A stretch of 32,000 nucleotides of DNA, taken from positions 214,992-246,991 of the forward strand of contig NZ_LGHJ01000016.1 of assembly GCF_001306055.1 (NCBI RefSeq), read 5' to 3'. This DNA is from Bellilinea caldifistulae (lineage in GTDB: Bacteria; Chloroflexota; Anaerolineae; Anaerolineales; Anaerolineaceae). The notes below the pieces were generated by a model. The model worked only from the letters and a program-made list of their open reading frames with translations. It had not been told where the DNA came from and did no database searches. How positions within the stretch are numbered: the first letter of the stretch is position 1; each line of letters opens with the position of its first letter. A program made the position numbers and the translations under genes. Below are positions 16,773 through 25,859 of this stretch, piece by piece.

Positions 16773-16790
16773 CGTTTTCCTCCACCTGAA

Positions 16791-17495
16791 TTATTGTGGC
16801 TGGATTTTACTCCCTATTGGCAAGTCAGTCAAACCAGACGGTACGGCAAAAGCCAGATGATACACCGCAATCCCAAAAGCAACGGCAACGTTCAAGGATC
16901 GTTTGTAACCGCTCATCGGAATAAAGATCTTTTCATCACACAATTCCAAAATTGCCGGGTCAATACCACTCACTTCATTGCCTGCCACCAAAACCAATGG
17001 CTGATTTTTGGGGATGAATTGGATTTCAAACAACGAGACTGCCGAAGGGGTGGTTTCTAACGCCCATAGGGTTTTGCCATCTGCTTTGAGGGATTGAGCC
17101 AGTTGCAGACCGTTTGGGGCATATTCCCAGGGAACAGCAAATTCCGCACCTAAAGCTGTCTTGGAGATGCGGGGATTTCCGGGTAGAGGGGTTAATCCGC
17201 TCAGGTAAAGATGGGAGATTCCTGCACCATCAGCAATACGGAACATTGCCCCCACATTGAATGTCGAACGGATATTATCCAATAAGGCTTCCAAATGAAA
17301 GGCAGGTCTTGTCGCTTTACGGGATTGACTGAGGGTCGTGAGGACTTCTTGCGGTGTAGGAACGGGTAATAGCGGGGATGTACAGCGAGGACATTTCAAC
17401 GAATCGTTTTGTACGGCTCTGCCGGCCGGGATGCGCAATGCACATTTTGGATTGCTGCACTGGTAAAAATGGTATGAAGATGGAGCGGATTTCAT
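16791..17495 (-). CDS. SpoU/TrmH-family RNA 2'-O-methyltransferase with an N-terminal zinc ribbon
   Basis: The SPOUT C-terminal motifs (LVLVAGNEVSGI, SLNVAVAFGIAVY) are present. The N-terminus has C13-x4-C18-x16-C35-x2-C38. The start overlaps the upstream stop (ATGA at 17492-17495). Confidence 0.85.
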   Translation of the reverse strand: MKSAPSSYHFYQCSNPKCALRIPAGRAVQNDSLKCPRCTSPLLPVPTPQEVLTTLSQSRKATRPAFHLEALLDNIRSTFNVGAMFRIADGAGISHLYLSGLTPLPGNPRISKTALGAEFAVPWEYAPNGLQLAQSLKADGKTLWALETTPSAVSLFEIQFIPKNQPLVLVAGNEVSGIDPAILELCDEKIFIPMSGYKRSLNVAVAFGIAVYHLAFAVPSGLTDLPIGSKIQPQ

Positions 17496-18127
17496 TCTTT
17501 CATTATAAAACCGGTTCGTACATAACGGGCTGCATACGGGTCAAATCCCAGTTCGCTTAGAACTTCTTCTGGGCGACCGGTTGCCCCTTCTCGCGCAGAA
17601 AGCTGCATTTCAAGGGCTGCGCAACCCTCTGGCAATGGAGTTAACTCAATTTTTTCGATTAATGGACGTAAATCATAGGTTTTATTTCTTCGTGTGCGGG
17701 TGATTGAACTTCGATCAAGCAATTCTGCAAGGCGAGTGTAGAGTTCGGTAATATTGACAGGATCAAGCAGGATGACATGGTATAAAGAGGATAGAATCAG
17801 GGTTGGCAAACTGGGAGAATTGAGTGGAATGGTGGCAACCGAGAGGATTTCAATACCGGGTTGTTGAGTGGCTTGCAATTGGGTCAAAAAGTCTTTCTCC
17901 GACCATTGGTCTGCTTCCACCCAGACATCAATCAGGTCGTTTTGGCTGAGAAAGCCTAAAGGCAGGGGGGCGGCTTGTTGAATTTTGGGCTGGGGATGAA
18001 ATCCTTGCGTATAGGCGACCGGAACACGAGCCCGGCGCAGGTATCGCTCCCAAACCTTGTGAAGATCTAGATTACCCACATACTGCAGTGGAGTATCTTT
18101 ATTGTATTGGATGCGGAAGCGCAGCAT
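17492..18127 (-). CDS. TIGR03936/DUF2344 radical-SAM-associated protein
   Basis: The pattern RF.Y.K....Y.G.LDL.K.WER..RRA..P.AYTQGFHPQPKI is characteristic of DUF2344. It starts 12 nt downstream of its usual radical SAM partner. Confidence 0.85.
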   Translation of the reverse strand: MLRFRIQYNKDTPLQYVGNLDLHKVWERYLRRARVPVAYTQGFHPQPKIQQAAPLPLGFLSQNDLIDVWVEADQWSEKDFLTQLQATQQPGIEILSVATIPLNSPSLPTLILSSLYHVILLDPVNITELYTRLAELLDRSSITRTRRNKTYDLRPLIEKIELTPLPEGCAALEMQLSAREGATGRPEEVLSELGFDPYAARYVRTGFIMKE

Positions 18128-18139
18128 GAATAATCAACC

Positions 18140-20047
18140 TCAGGCGGGTTGTTCCAGAGGAATTTTGACCGTGCGACGGGGGACTTCCGGACATTTCCAG
18201 TGGCTGCCGGGATTATTACGGCGCAGGTCAGCATACTTTGGAAGAATTCCGCAGGCAAAACAGCCTTGCCGGCAATCATTTTGGGTTTTCTCCGCCAAAG
18301 AAGCATGATATTCACTCAATAAGTAGGCTTTTCGCACCCCACTGAAAATGTGATCCCACGGGAATATTTCATCCTCACTTCTTTGACGGTGGGTGTAGAA
18401 GGCCGGGTCGAGTTGGTGGGCAGCAAACGCTTGCCGCCAGATTTCAAAGTTAAATTGATCCTGCCAGGCATCGAATTTTGCGCCCAGGCGCCAGGCTGTT
18501 TCAACAACGTCCGCCAAACGCCGATCACCCCGCGATAGCCAGGCTTCCATCAAGGTTTCGTGAGGGTTGTTCCAGGTTAATTTCAATCCAGGACCTCGTA
18601 ATTCGCGCTTGAGGAGAGATTGCTTGGCTTCAATTTGTTCCAGTGTATCACAGGCAACCCACTGGAAGGGAGTGTGCGGTTTGGGGACGAAGGTGCTGAC
18701 CCCGGCGTGAAGAGTGGCTCGTTTGCCAATTACTTTTCGTCCTTCTTCCAGGACAGCTTTGCATAAATCGGCAATTGCCTGGACATCTTCGATAGTTTCA
18801 GAGGGATGGCCGATCATGAAGTAAAGTTTGATGGTTGTCCAGCCGCGGGAGTAGATTTCTCGGGCTGTATCCAGCAATTGCCGGGTGGAAATCGGTTTGT
18901 TGATGATATTCCGCATGCGCTCGGTGGCGGCTTCGGGTGCAAGAGTAAAACCGCCCTGGCGTGAGCCACGTAATTTTTCCATCAACTCCACCGAGAATGA
19001 CTCGATACGGAGGGAGGGAAGCGAGATAGTCAGGTAGTGATCGCTGGTTTCAGAAGACACCCGGCTGACCAAATCCAAAATATGCGTGTAGTCGGAAGAG
19101 GAAAGCGAGAGGAGGGCAACCTCCTCAAAGCCGGTTGCGTCCAGGGCTTCGCGGACTGCCGAGACAATTTCATCCACGCTTCGTTCACGTACGGGACGGG
19201 TAACCATGCCCGCGTGACAAAACCGACAACCTCGAGTGCAGCCACGCATTATTTCAATTGAAACGCGGTTATGAACCACGCTGATTGAAGGTACGATGAA
19301 ACGCGTTGGTGGCTTGGGTAATTGCGCAACCAATCGCTTCTTTACCTGGGGTGGTGCGTTGGGATGTAGACGATGAATTGAACGGATCGTACCATCCTCG
19401 TTGTATTCTGGTTCATAAAAGGATGGAATGTAAATGCCTTCAATTTTTACCAGCTCGGCCAATAAGTCCTGGCGTGAGGAATGGTTTTGTTTCCACTCCT
19501 GATAGGTGTTGACAATTTCGTGGATGATTTCTTCCCCTTCGCCGATGACAAATGCATCAAAAAAAGGAGCAATGGGTTCGGGATTGAATACTGCATGACC
19601 TCCCGCAATTACCAGCGGATCGTGAATGGTGCGATCTCTGCTGCGCAGTGGGATTTTTGCCAGATCCAGTAAATTTAGGACATTTGTGTAGAGAGTCTCG
19701 TAAGGTAACGAGATTCCAAGAATGTCGAATTGTCTGACAGGAGTTTTGGATTCGAGCGCATAGAGAGGGATATCCTGTTGGCGCATGGCGGCTTCCATGT
19801 CCACCCATGGCAGATAAACACGTTCGGCGAGAACATCGGATCTTTCGTTGAGTAAATTATAGAGGATGGTCAGGCCAAGATTGGGGACGCCAATATCGTA
19901 AATATCCGGAAATGCAAGAGCCACATGGGTCTTGACCGAATTCCAATCTTTTAAGACCTGATTCAGTTCCCCGCCGACGTAACGGCCGGGTTTTTCCACA
20001 GTTGGCAGAATGCGCTCAAGCCGTTGTAAGAGAATGTTTCGCTCCAT
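18140..20047 (-). CDS. TIGR03960-type radical SAM protein with a B12-binding-like N-terminal domain
   Basis: It has the KPGRYVGGELN N-terminus and the CTRGCRFCHAG radical SAM motif. ATG at 20047 is preferred, and the TTG at 20071 is an alternative. No clear Shine-Dalgarno sequence precedes either start. Confidence 0.88.
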   Translation of the reverse strand: MERNILLQRLERILPTVEKPGRYVGGELNQVLKDWNSVKTHVALAFPDIYDIGVPNLGLTILYNLLNERSDVLAERVYLPWVDMEAAMRQQDIPLYALESKTPVRQFDILGISLPYETLYTNVLNLLDLAKIPLRSRDRTIHDPLVIAGGHAVFNPEPIAPFFDAFVIGEGEEIIHEIVNTYQEWKQNHSSRQDLLAELVKIEGIYIPSFYEPEYNEDGTIRSIHRLHPNAPPQVKKRLVAQLPKPPTRFIVPSISVVHNRVSIEIMRGCTRGCRFCHAGMVTRPVRERSVDEIVSAVREALDATGFEEVALLSLSSSDYTHILDLVSRVSSETSDHYLTISLPSLRIESFSVELMEKLRGSRQGGFTLAPEAATERMRNIINKPISTRQLLDTAREIYSRGWTTIKLYFMIGHPSETIEDVQAIADLCKAVLEEGRKVIGKRATLHAGVSTFVPKPHTPFQWVACDTLEQIEAKQSLLKRELRGPGLKLTWNNPHETLMEAWLSRGDRRLADVVETAWRLGAKFDAWQDQFNFEIWRQAFAAHQLDPAFYTHRQRSEDEIFPWDHIFSGVRKAYLLSEYHASLAEKTQNDCRQGCFACGILPKYADLRRNNPGSHWKCPEVPRRTVKIPLEQPA

Positions 20048-20117
20048 GTGGTCTGTCAGCCTTTTGTTCAACCAATAATTGAAATATGCTTTCTTATTTT
20101 ACCCTATTTTGTCCAAT

Positions 20118-20909
20118 TTATAAGGTGCCGCGGTAAAAACCGCCATCCACCGCAATCATGCTGCCGGTGATGTAACTGGCAGCCGGTGAAACCAGAAAAA
20201 CCGCAACACGGGCAAATTCCCGCGGGTCGGCCAGGCGTCCGAGGGCGGTTTGAGCGGCAATTTTTTGTCTTTCTTCTTCGACAGTGGATTGATTGGTCTG
20301 TGCGCGATGTTGTAATAATTGCTCAACTCGCTCTGTCGCGGTCCAGCCGGGCAAAATGGAATTAAAGCGAATGCCCTCTTTACCCAGTTCGAGAGCGAGG
20401 CTTTTCGTCAGACCGATGGTGGCAGCGCGGACACTGTTGGAGAGAACCAGACCTTCAATAGGTTGTTTGACCGAGATGGAGGTAATTGTCAAAACTGCCG
20501 GTGCTGTGGATCTACGCAGGTACGGCAACGCTGCTCGAATCAGGTTTACTGCTGAAAGAAAGTTGAGGTTGACGGCATTTTGCCAATCCTCAAGGCTGAA
20601 GTTCTCGAATTTACCGGCAGGCGGACCGCCGGCATTGGTGATAAGAATGTCTACGCCTCCCCACTCGTGAACAACCTTCTCAACCAGGCGTTGGGCTGTT
20701 TCAGGTTGACTCACATCCCCCGCAATGGGTAAAACAGGTGAGTCGGTCAAATGATTGATCCTTTGAGATGCTTTTTCGAGGTTTTCTGGATTCCGGCTAT
20801 TCAGAGCAACACGTGCCCCTTCCTGGGCGAGCACCTCGGCTGTGGCAAAACCCAGACCGCGGCTTGCTCCGGTTACGATGGCGATTTTGTTGCGTAAATT
20901 CAAATCCAT
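20118..20909 (-). CDS. SDR-fold protein, FabG-like but with non-canonical active-site residues
   Basis: TGASRGLG and NAGG motifs are present. Where YxxxK is expected the sequence reads SNSVR. The start is chosen at the third ATG (MDLNLRNKIAIVTG) on the basis of spacing from AAAGGA; starts up to 20918 are possible. Confidence 0.85.
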   Translation of the reverse strand: MDLNLRNKIAIVTGASRGLGFATAEVLAQEGARVALNSRNPENLEKASQRINHLTDSPVLPIAGDVSQPETAQRLVEKVVHEWGGVDILITNAGGPPAGKFENFSLEDWQNAVNLNFLSAVNLIRAALPYLRRSTAPAVLTITSISVKQPIEGLVLSNSVRAATIGLTKSLALELGKEGIRFNSILPGWTATERVEQLLQHRAQTNQSTVEEERQKIAAQTALGRLADPREFARVAVFLVSPAASYITGSMIAVDGGFYRGTL

Positions 20910-20935
20910 GAACATCATCCTTTCTTATTAAAAAG

Positions 20936-21223
20936 TTAAAAGCATTCAATCCGGTGATCTAAAATTGGGAGATTGGGAAATTGATTTTCGATAAAGGTGT
21001 GAACTTTTTGGAGCGAATGAGTAGCAAAAGCGCAATCATTACACACCACCGCACAGGCGATCAAACTCTCCTGCCAGTGGTCGTTCAATCCAATTTCAGC
21101 AACCGAGATGTTGAATTCCTTACGTAAGCGGTTCAGCAATGATTTTAACAAACTCCTTTTTTGTTTCAACGAGAGGGAGTGGGGCAGATGAATGTGAATG
21201 ACCAAAAGACCTATGGTGGGCAT
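20936..21223 (-). CDS. DUF503 (YlxP-like) protein
   Basis: The 95-aa product has the pattern L.I.L.SLK.KR.....L..RLR..FN.SVAE.......W....I, as I recall for DUF503. GAGG lies 9 nt upstream of ATG 21223. Confidence 0.8.
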   Translation of the reverse strand: MPTIGLLVIHIHLPHSLSLKQKRSLLKSLLNRLRKEFNISVAEIGLNDHWQESLIACAVVCNDCAFATHSLQKVHTFIENQFPNLPILDHRIECF

Positions 21224-21241
21224 TTTAAAAACCTCGGTATT

Positions 21242-21269
21242 ATTGTAATCCGGCAGATGCTGACGTCAA
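21242..21269 (-). promoter_or_regulatory. Predicted sigma70-type promoter for the DUF503-led minus-strand string
   Basis: On the minus strand: TTGACG (21269-21264), a 16-nt spacer, then TACAAT (21247-21242), about 18 nt upstream of the ATG at 21223. This is a prediction only. Confidence 0.45.
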
Positions 21270-21286
21270 GCAAGTTGCTCATTCTC

Positions 21287-21315
21287 TTGTGAAAAAGGTT
21301 CGGCTTGGGTACAAT
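21287..21315 (+). promoter_or_regulatory. Predicted sigma70-type promoter for folC-lon
   Basis: TTGTGA (21287-21292), a 17-nt spacer, then TACAAT (21310-21315), about 30 nt upstream of the folC ATG at 21347. It is divergent from the promoter above. Confidence 0.45.
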
Positions 21316-21346
21316 ACACAGCAGTTCGAGGATTAATGGAAAACAG

Positions 21347-22726
21347 ATGAATTTTGACCCACAAGAATATCAAAACACTTTAGATTTCTTATACAGTTTT
21401 GTAGATTATAGCCTCACCCGTAATTTACAATTTTCAGCCGAAAAGTTTGACCTCAGCCGGATGGCTGAGTTGTTGAGGTATCTGGGAGAGCCTCACCAGC
21501 GCTATCCGGTTATTCATGTTGCCGGAACGAAGGGCAAAGGATCCACTGCGGCAATGATTGCGGCAGTATTACAGGCTGCCGGTTACAAAACCGGTTTTTA
21601 CATATCGCCACATTTGGAAGATTTTTGTGAGCGTATCCAGGTTAATCGTGAGCATATCCCCCCATCACGGCTGGTGGAAGTAGTGAATCAGTTAAAACCG
21701 GCTATCAACAAAATTGAACGTTTGACCACCTTTGAGTTAACCACCGCAGCCGGATTTTTGTACTTTGCTGATGAAATGGTGGATGTGGCTGTTGTTGAAG
21801 TGGGTTTGGGGGGGAGATTGGACGCAACCAACCTCGTTGACCCCATGGTATCGGTGATTACTTCGATCTCGTTTGACCACATGAAAGTATTGGGGGATAC
21901 CCTTGAGAAGATAGCCACAGAAAAAGCCGGGATTATAAAAGATGGGCGGCCCGTAGTGAGTTCCCCTCAACATCCTGAAGCCATGCGGGCAATTGAACAC
22001 ATAGCGAAAGCACGAAATGCTCCGTTGATTGTATCTGACCAGGAATATCGGGCTGACGTTATAGCCCGCAGTCTGGCTTATCAGCGATTGAACATTCATT
22101 CCCTTAGAGAACCGGTTCAAAACGCATTAGAGGTTGATTTGCCGTTACTGGGTGATCATCAAATCGAAAATGCATTAACGGCTTTATGCGCATTGGATCA
22201 AGCCAGTAAACAAGGCCTGGTGATACCTCGACCGAAAATTCAGACCGGATTGTCGCAAGTTTCCTGGGAGGGCAGGTTTGAAATTCTTAATCTTCATCCT
22301 CCTGTTGTTGTAGATGCCGCTCATAACCGCTATTCAGCGTTAAAATTGATACAGACGGTCAATCAATACTTTCCGACCCAACGCATGATTCTGGTGTTTG
22401 GCGCTTCGGATGATAAAGATGTTGCCGGTATGCTGGCAGAATTACTGCCCCGCTCGGATGAGGTCATCTTCACGCAATCCATTCATCCGCGCTCGTACCA
22501 AGCGGATCAACTTGCTGAATTGGCTTCGGAATACCCGCTTCCCAAATCGGTGATTGTGCCGCTTGAAGAAGCAATGGAGCAAGCCGTCAACCGTGTACAC
22601 TCCGAAGATACTCTTCTACTGATCACTGGTAGTATATTTGTGGCAGCCGGGGCGCGAAAATTCCTTCGAGAAATTTTAAATCGCCCTGATTTTAATAAAC
22701 GATTCAACAGTATACCAATTTCATGA
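21347..22726 (+). CDS. folC: Bifunctional folylpolyglutamate synthase / dihydrofolate synthase
   Basis: It has the Mur-ligase-type P-loop [13 protein letters not shown] and FolC-like N- and C-terminal domains. ATG at 21347 is preferred over the TTG at 21305. Confidence 0.9.
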   Translation: MNFDPQEYQNTLDFLYSFVDYSLTRNLQFSAEKFDLSRMAELLRYLGEPHQRYPVIHVAGTKGKGSTAAMIAAVLQAAGYKTGFYISPHLEDFCERIQVNREHIPPSRLVEVVNQLKPAINKIERLTTFELTTAAGFLYFADEMVDVAVVEVGLGGRLDATNLVDPMVSVITSISFDHMKVLGDTLEKIATEKAGIIKDGRPVVSSPQHPEAMRAIEHIAKARNAPLIVSDQEYRADVIARSLAYQRLNIHSLREPVQNALEVDLPLLGDHQIENALTALCALDQASKQGLVIPRPKIQTGLSQVSWEGRFEILNLHPPVVVDAAHNRYSALKLIQTVNQYFPTQRMILVFGASDDKDVAGMLAELLPRSDEVIFTQSIHPRSYQADQLAELASEYPLPKSVIVPLEEAMEQAVNRVHSEDTLLLITGSIFVAAGARKFLREILNRPDFNKRFNSIPIS

Positions 22727-22736
22727 GTGCAGGTTT

Positions 22737-25250
22737 ATGAAAAAAGATAATTGGTTACCCAAAGATAGCGATTTTGAGGAATTTTCCTCTTCTTTACATC
22801 AACGGACAGAGGAATTGTATCAGGTACCCGATGCCGAACCGGACGAGAACGGTTTGATTGAGTGCGCAGCACTTATCATGCGGGATATGGTGATTTATCC
22901 GCGCATGGTTTCTCCAATTTTCATCATTCCGGGGTCAAATTTGCAAGCCATAGAAGAGGCTCAATTCAACTTTGAAACGATGATTGCCCTCGTCTTGAAA
23001 GATCCCGAGGTGGAAGACCCACAACCGGAAGACTTTTTACCGATTGGGGTTGAAATTGCTGTTGGACGATTGTTGAATATCCCGGATGGGAATAATTCGG
23101 CATTGATCCAGGGCCGCCGCAGAGTAGAGATTGTCGAATTCGTACAGACCGAGCCATATTACCGGGTGCGTGCCCGACCTATTGTTGAACCTTCTAAAAT
23201 TGGCAGACAAACCGAAGCTTTGATGCGCACCACCCGCGATTTGTTTGAGCGGTGCGTTCAATTAGATCGCAGCCTGCCTGAAGAAGCGCATTTGTTTTCT
23301 TTGAATATCCACGAGCCGGGCTGGCTGGCAGATATGGTTGCTACGGCGATTTCGCTACCGAATAGCGAAAGACAGGCATTGCTTTTACTGGTTGACCCTG
23401 TTGACCGGTTGAAACGAGTCAACTGGCTGCTGGCGCAGGAATTGGATGTTTTACAGTTAGAGGACGAGATTCAGAATCGAGTTCAAAGTGAGGTGGATCG
23501 CAGCCAGCGCGAGTTCTATTTGCGCGAACAAATGAAAGCGATTCAAACCGAATTAGGGGAAGGTGATATCTTCAGCCGCGAAGTAACCGAATTGCGGGAA
23601 AAGATACTCGCGACCCCCATGCCGGATGAAGTCCGAACCACAGCACTCAAAGAAGTGGATCGGCTCTCGCAAATGCCCTCCATGGCTCCAGAAGTGGGTA
23701 TCATTCGCACCTATCTGGATTGGATATTGGAATTGCCCTGGGTGCAGGAGACTGAGGACAATCTGGATGTTGCTAACGCTGCCAAGGTGTTGGAAAAATA
23801 TCATTATGGACTCGGTAAAGCCAAAGATCGGATTCTGGAGTATATTGCCGTCCGCAGCCTCAAGCCCAAACGCCTGAGACAACCGATTTTGTGTTTTGTG
23901 GGGGCACCGGGTACAGGAAAGACCTCATTAGGTCGCTCAATTGCTGAGGCTCTTGGACGTAAGTTTGTGCGAGTTTCATTAGGCGGGGTTCGAGATGAGG
24001 CTGAAATTCGTGGTCACCGGCGAACTTATATTGGGGCAATGCCGGGCCGGATTTTACAAACCATGCGCCGCGCGGGAACTGTCAATCCTCTTTTTATGCT
24101 GGATGAGATTGATAAACTCGGATCGGATTTTCGTGGTGATCCCTCTGCTGCACTTTTGGAGGTTCTTGACCCGGAGCAGAATCATGCCTTTTCGGATCAC
24201 TATCTTGAATTGCCTTACGATCTTTCTAAGGTGATGTTCATTACAACCGCTAACACACTGGCTACCATTCCACCAGCTTTGATGGACCGGATGGAAATAA
24301 TTGAATTTCCCGGCTATATTGAGGAAGAAAAACTGGAAATTGCCTACCGATTTCTGATCCCACGCCAGCTGGAAGAAAGCGGTTTAGAAGGGGAAGATAT
24401 TAAGTTTCAAGAAAAGACATTGCGGAAAATCATCCGGGAGTATACTTACGAGGCAGGGGTTCGAAATTTAGAACGCGAAATTGGCAGAATGTGTCGTAAA
24501 CTGGCCAGACTGAAATCTGAAGGAAAACCCTACCCGCACCGATTACAACCGGAACTGGTTGAAAAATTCCTGGGACCGCCCCAATTTTTTATGACTGAAG
24601 CGGAGAAAAAAGACGAGGTGGGCGTAGCCACTGCAATTGCGTGGACCGAAAATGGCGGAGAGATCATGCCGGTGGAAGTGGCAATATTGGAAGGAAAAGG
24701 CAACCTGCAAATCACCGGACAGGTTGGAGAAGTGATGCAAGAATCGGCTCAGGCTGCTTTGTCCTATCTTAAATCCCGCGCCAGAGAGTTGGAGATTGAC
24801 CCAGAAGTATTTGAAAGATTGGATATTCACATACATATCCCGGAGGGGGCGATTCCCAAAGATGGCCCAAGCGCTGGTATCACAATTGCCACAGCGCTGA
24901 TTTCGGCTTTTACGGAGCGGGGTGTTTCAAAGGATGTCGGGATGACGGGTGAAATTACCCTGCGAGGGCGCGTACTTCCGGTTGGCGGCGTGCGGGAAAA
25001 GGTTCTGGCAGCTCACCGGGCGGGTTTAAAGATCGTCATTCTACCCGAAAGGAATTTGAAAGACCTGATTGATTTGCCCAAGAAAGTCCGCCAGGATCTG
25101 CAAATTAAACCGGTAAATCACATGGATGAGGTTCTTGAAATTGCACTTGGTCCCAAACCTCATAAAGAAAGCGGACGTGGCCGAAAACACAACGCAAAGA
25201 AAACCGAAAAAAGTGAAGAGGGAGAGGTTAAAGAGGCTTCGGAAGCGTAA
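22737..25250 (+). CDS. lon: ATP-dependent Lon protease (LonA)
   Basis: It has a LON N-domain, the AAA+ Walker [10 protein letters not shown], the protease Ser in PKDGPSAGI and the catalytic Lys in [10 protein letters not shown]. The product is 837 aa, with a roughly 45-aa N-terminal extension and a charged C-terminal extension. Confidence 0.95.
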   Translation: MKKDNWLPKDSDFEEFSSSLHQRTEELYQVPDAEPDENGLIECAALIMRDMVIYPRMVSPIFIIPGSNLQAIEEAQFNFETMIALVLKDPEVEDPQPEDFLPIGVEIAVGRLLNIPDGNNSALIQGRRRVEIVEFVQTEPYYRVRARPIVEPSKIGRQTEALMRTTRDLFERCVQLDRSLPEEAHLFSLNIHEPGWLADMVATAISLPNSERQALLLLVDPVDRLKRVNWLLAQELDVLQLEDEIQNRVQSEVDRSQREFYLREQMKAIQTELGEGDIFSREVTELREKILATPMPDEVRTTALKEVDRLSQMPSMAPEVGIIRTYLDWILELPWVQETEDNLDVANAAKVLEKYHYGLGKAKDRILEYIAVRSLKPKRLRQPILCFVGAPGTGKTSLGRSIAEALGRKFVRVSLGGVRDEAEIRGHRRTYIGAMPGRILQTMRRAGTVNPLFMLDEIDKLGSDFRGDPSAALLEVLDPEQNHAFSDHYLELPYDLSKVMFITTANTLATIPPALMDRMEIIEFPGYIEEEKLEIAYRFLIPRQLEESGLEGEDIKFQEKTLRKIIREYTYEAGVRNLEREIGRMCRKLARLKSEGKPYPHRLQPELVEKFLGPPQFFMTEAEKKDEVGVATAIAWTENGGEIMPVEVAILEGKGNLQITGQVGEVMQESAQAALSYLKSRARELEIDPEVFERLDIHIHIPEGAIPKDGPSAGITIATALISAFTERGVSKDVGMTGEITLRGRVLPVGGVREKVLAAHRAGLKIVILPERNLKDLIDLPKKVRQDLQIKPVNHMDEVLEIALGPKPHKESGRGRKHNAKKTEKSEEGEVKEASEA

Positions 25251-25254
25251 TTAG

Positions 25255-25288
25255 AAAGGCAGCCGATTGGCTGCCTTTTTTTATTTTT
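25255..25288. terminator. Bidirectional hairpin terminator between the convergent lon and coiled-coil genes
   Basis: AAAGGCAGCC (25255-25264), loop GATT, GGCTGCCTTT (25269-25278), followed by TTTTTTTATTTTT on the plus strand. The A-tract on the other side gives a weaker minus-strand terminator. Confidence 0.75.
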
Positions 25289-25296
25289 CTCTTTAT

Positions 25297-25785
25297 CTAA
25301 TCTTTATCCGGTTGAACCGGTGTTGGCGACATGGCTTGTTGGCGTTCGCTCTGTAAAGCTCTCACGCCATTGCGTACCTGATTGAGCATTTTTTCGAGCT
25401 CGACTTCCAGTCGCGAGAGCGATTCAAGGACGTATTCATCCGCATCGCGTTTGGTCGATTCAGTCTCCATGCGAGCTTGCAGAATGATTTGCTCGGCACG
25501 GGCGTGGGCAGCCTGAATGATAGCGTCCCGTTCAATCATCTGTTCGGCTTTTTCACGAGCTAGTTGGATGGTTCGATTGGCTTCTTCTTGAGCCTGAGCA
25601 AGAATCCGGTCCCTTTGAGCAAGAATTTGCTGGGCTTTCTTGATTTCTTCCGGAATGGATACCCGCATCTGGTCAATCAAGTCCAACATGCGATCCTCGT
25701 CCACCATTACTGAATGGGTGAACCAAATTGGACGGCTTTCATTGAATAATTCTTCCAAACGATCTACCAAATGCAGTATGTCCAT
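25297..25785 (-). CDS. Coiled-coil protein of unknown function (resembles ATP synthase b / V-ATPase subunit H-like annotations)
   Basis: GGAGG lies 5 nt upstream of ATG 25785. The 162-aa product has a long Ala/Glu/Gln/Arg-rich helical repeat region (AQQILAQRDRILAQAQEEANRTIQLAREKAEQ...). It has no enzymatic motifs. Confidence 0.7.
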   Translation of the reverse strand: MDILHLVDRLEELFNESRPIWFTHSVMVDEDRMLDLIDQMRVSIPEEIKKAQQILAQRDRILAQAQEEANRTIQLAREKAEQMIERDAIIQAAHARAEQIILQARMETESTKRDADEYVLESLSRLEVELEKMLNQVRNGVRALQSERQQAMSPTPVQPDKD

Positions 25786-25859
25786 TTTTTCCTCCGCTTT
25801 CCAAGCCTGAGAAAGGGTGGTGCAATTTTCAAGCCAGTTAATTAATTATTATACGCAAT

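Noticed and set aside
21224-21346. A possible THF riboswitch upstream of folC, and the CRE-like palindrome TGACGTCA (21261-21268).
   Set aside because: The predicted folC leader is only about 25-30 nt, too short for a riboswitch, and no conserved riboswitch core was seen. The 8-bp palindrome coincides with the -35 TTGACG of the divergent promoter and is probably incidental.
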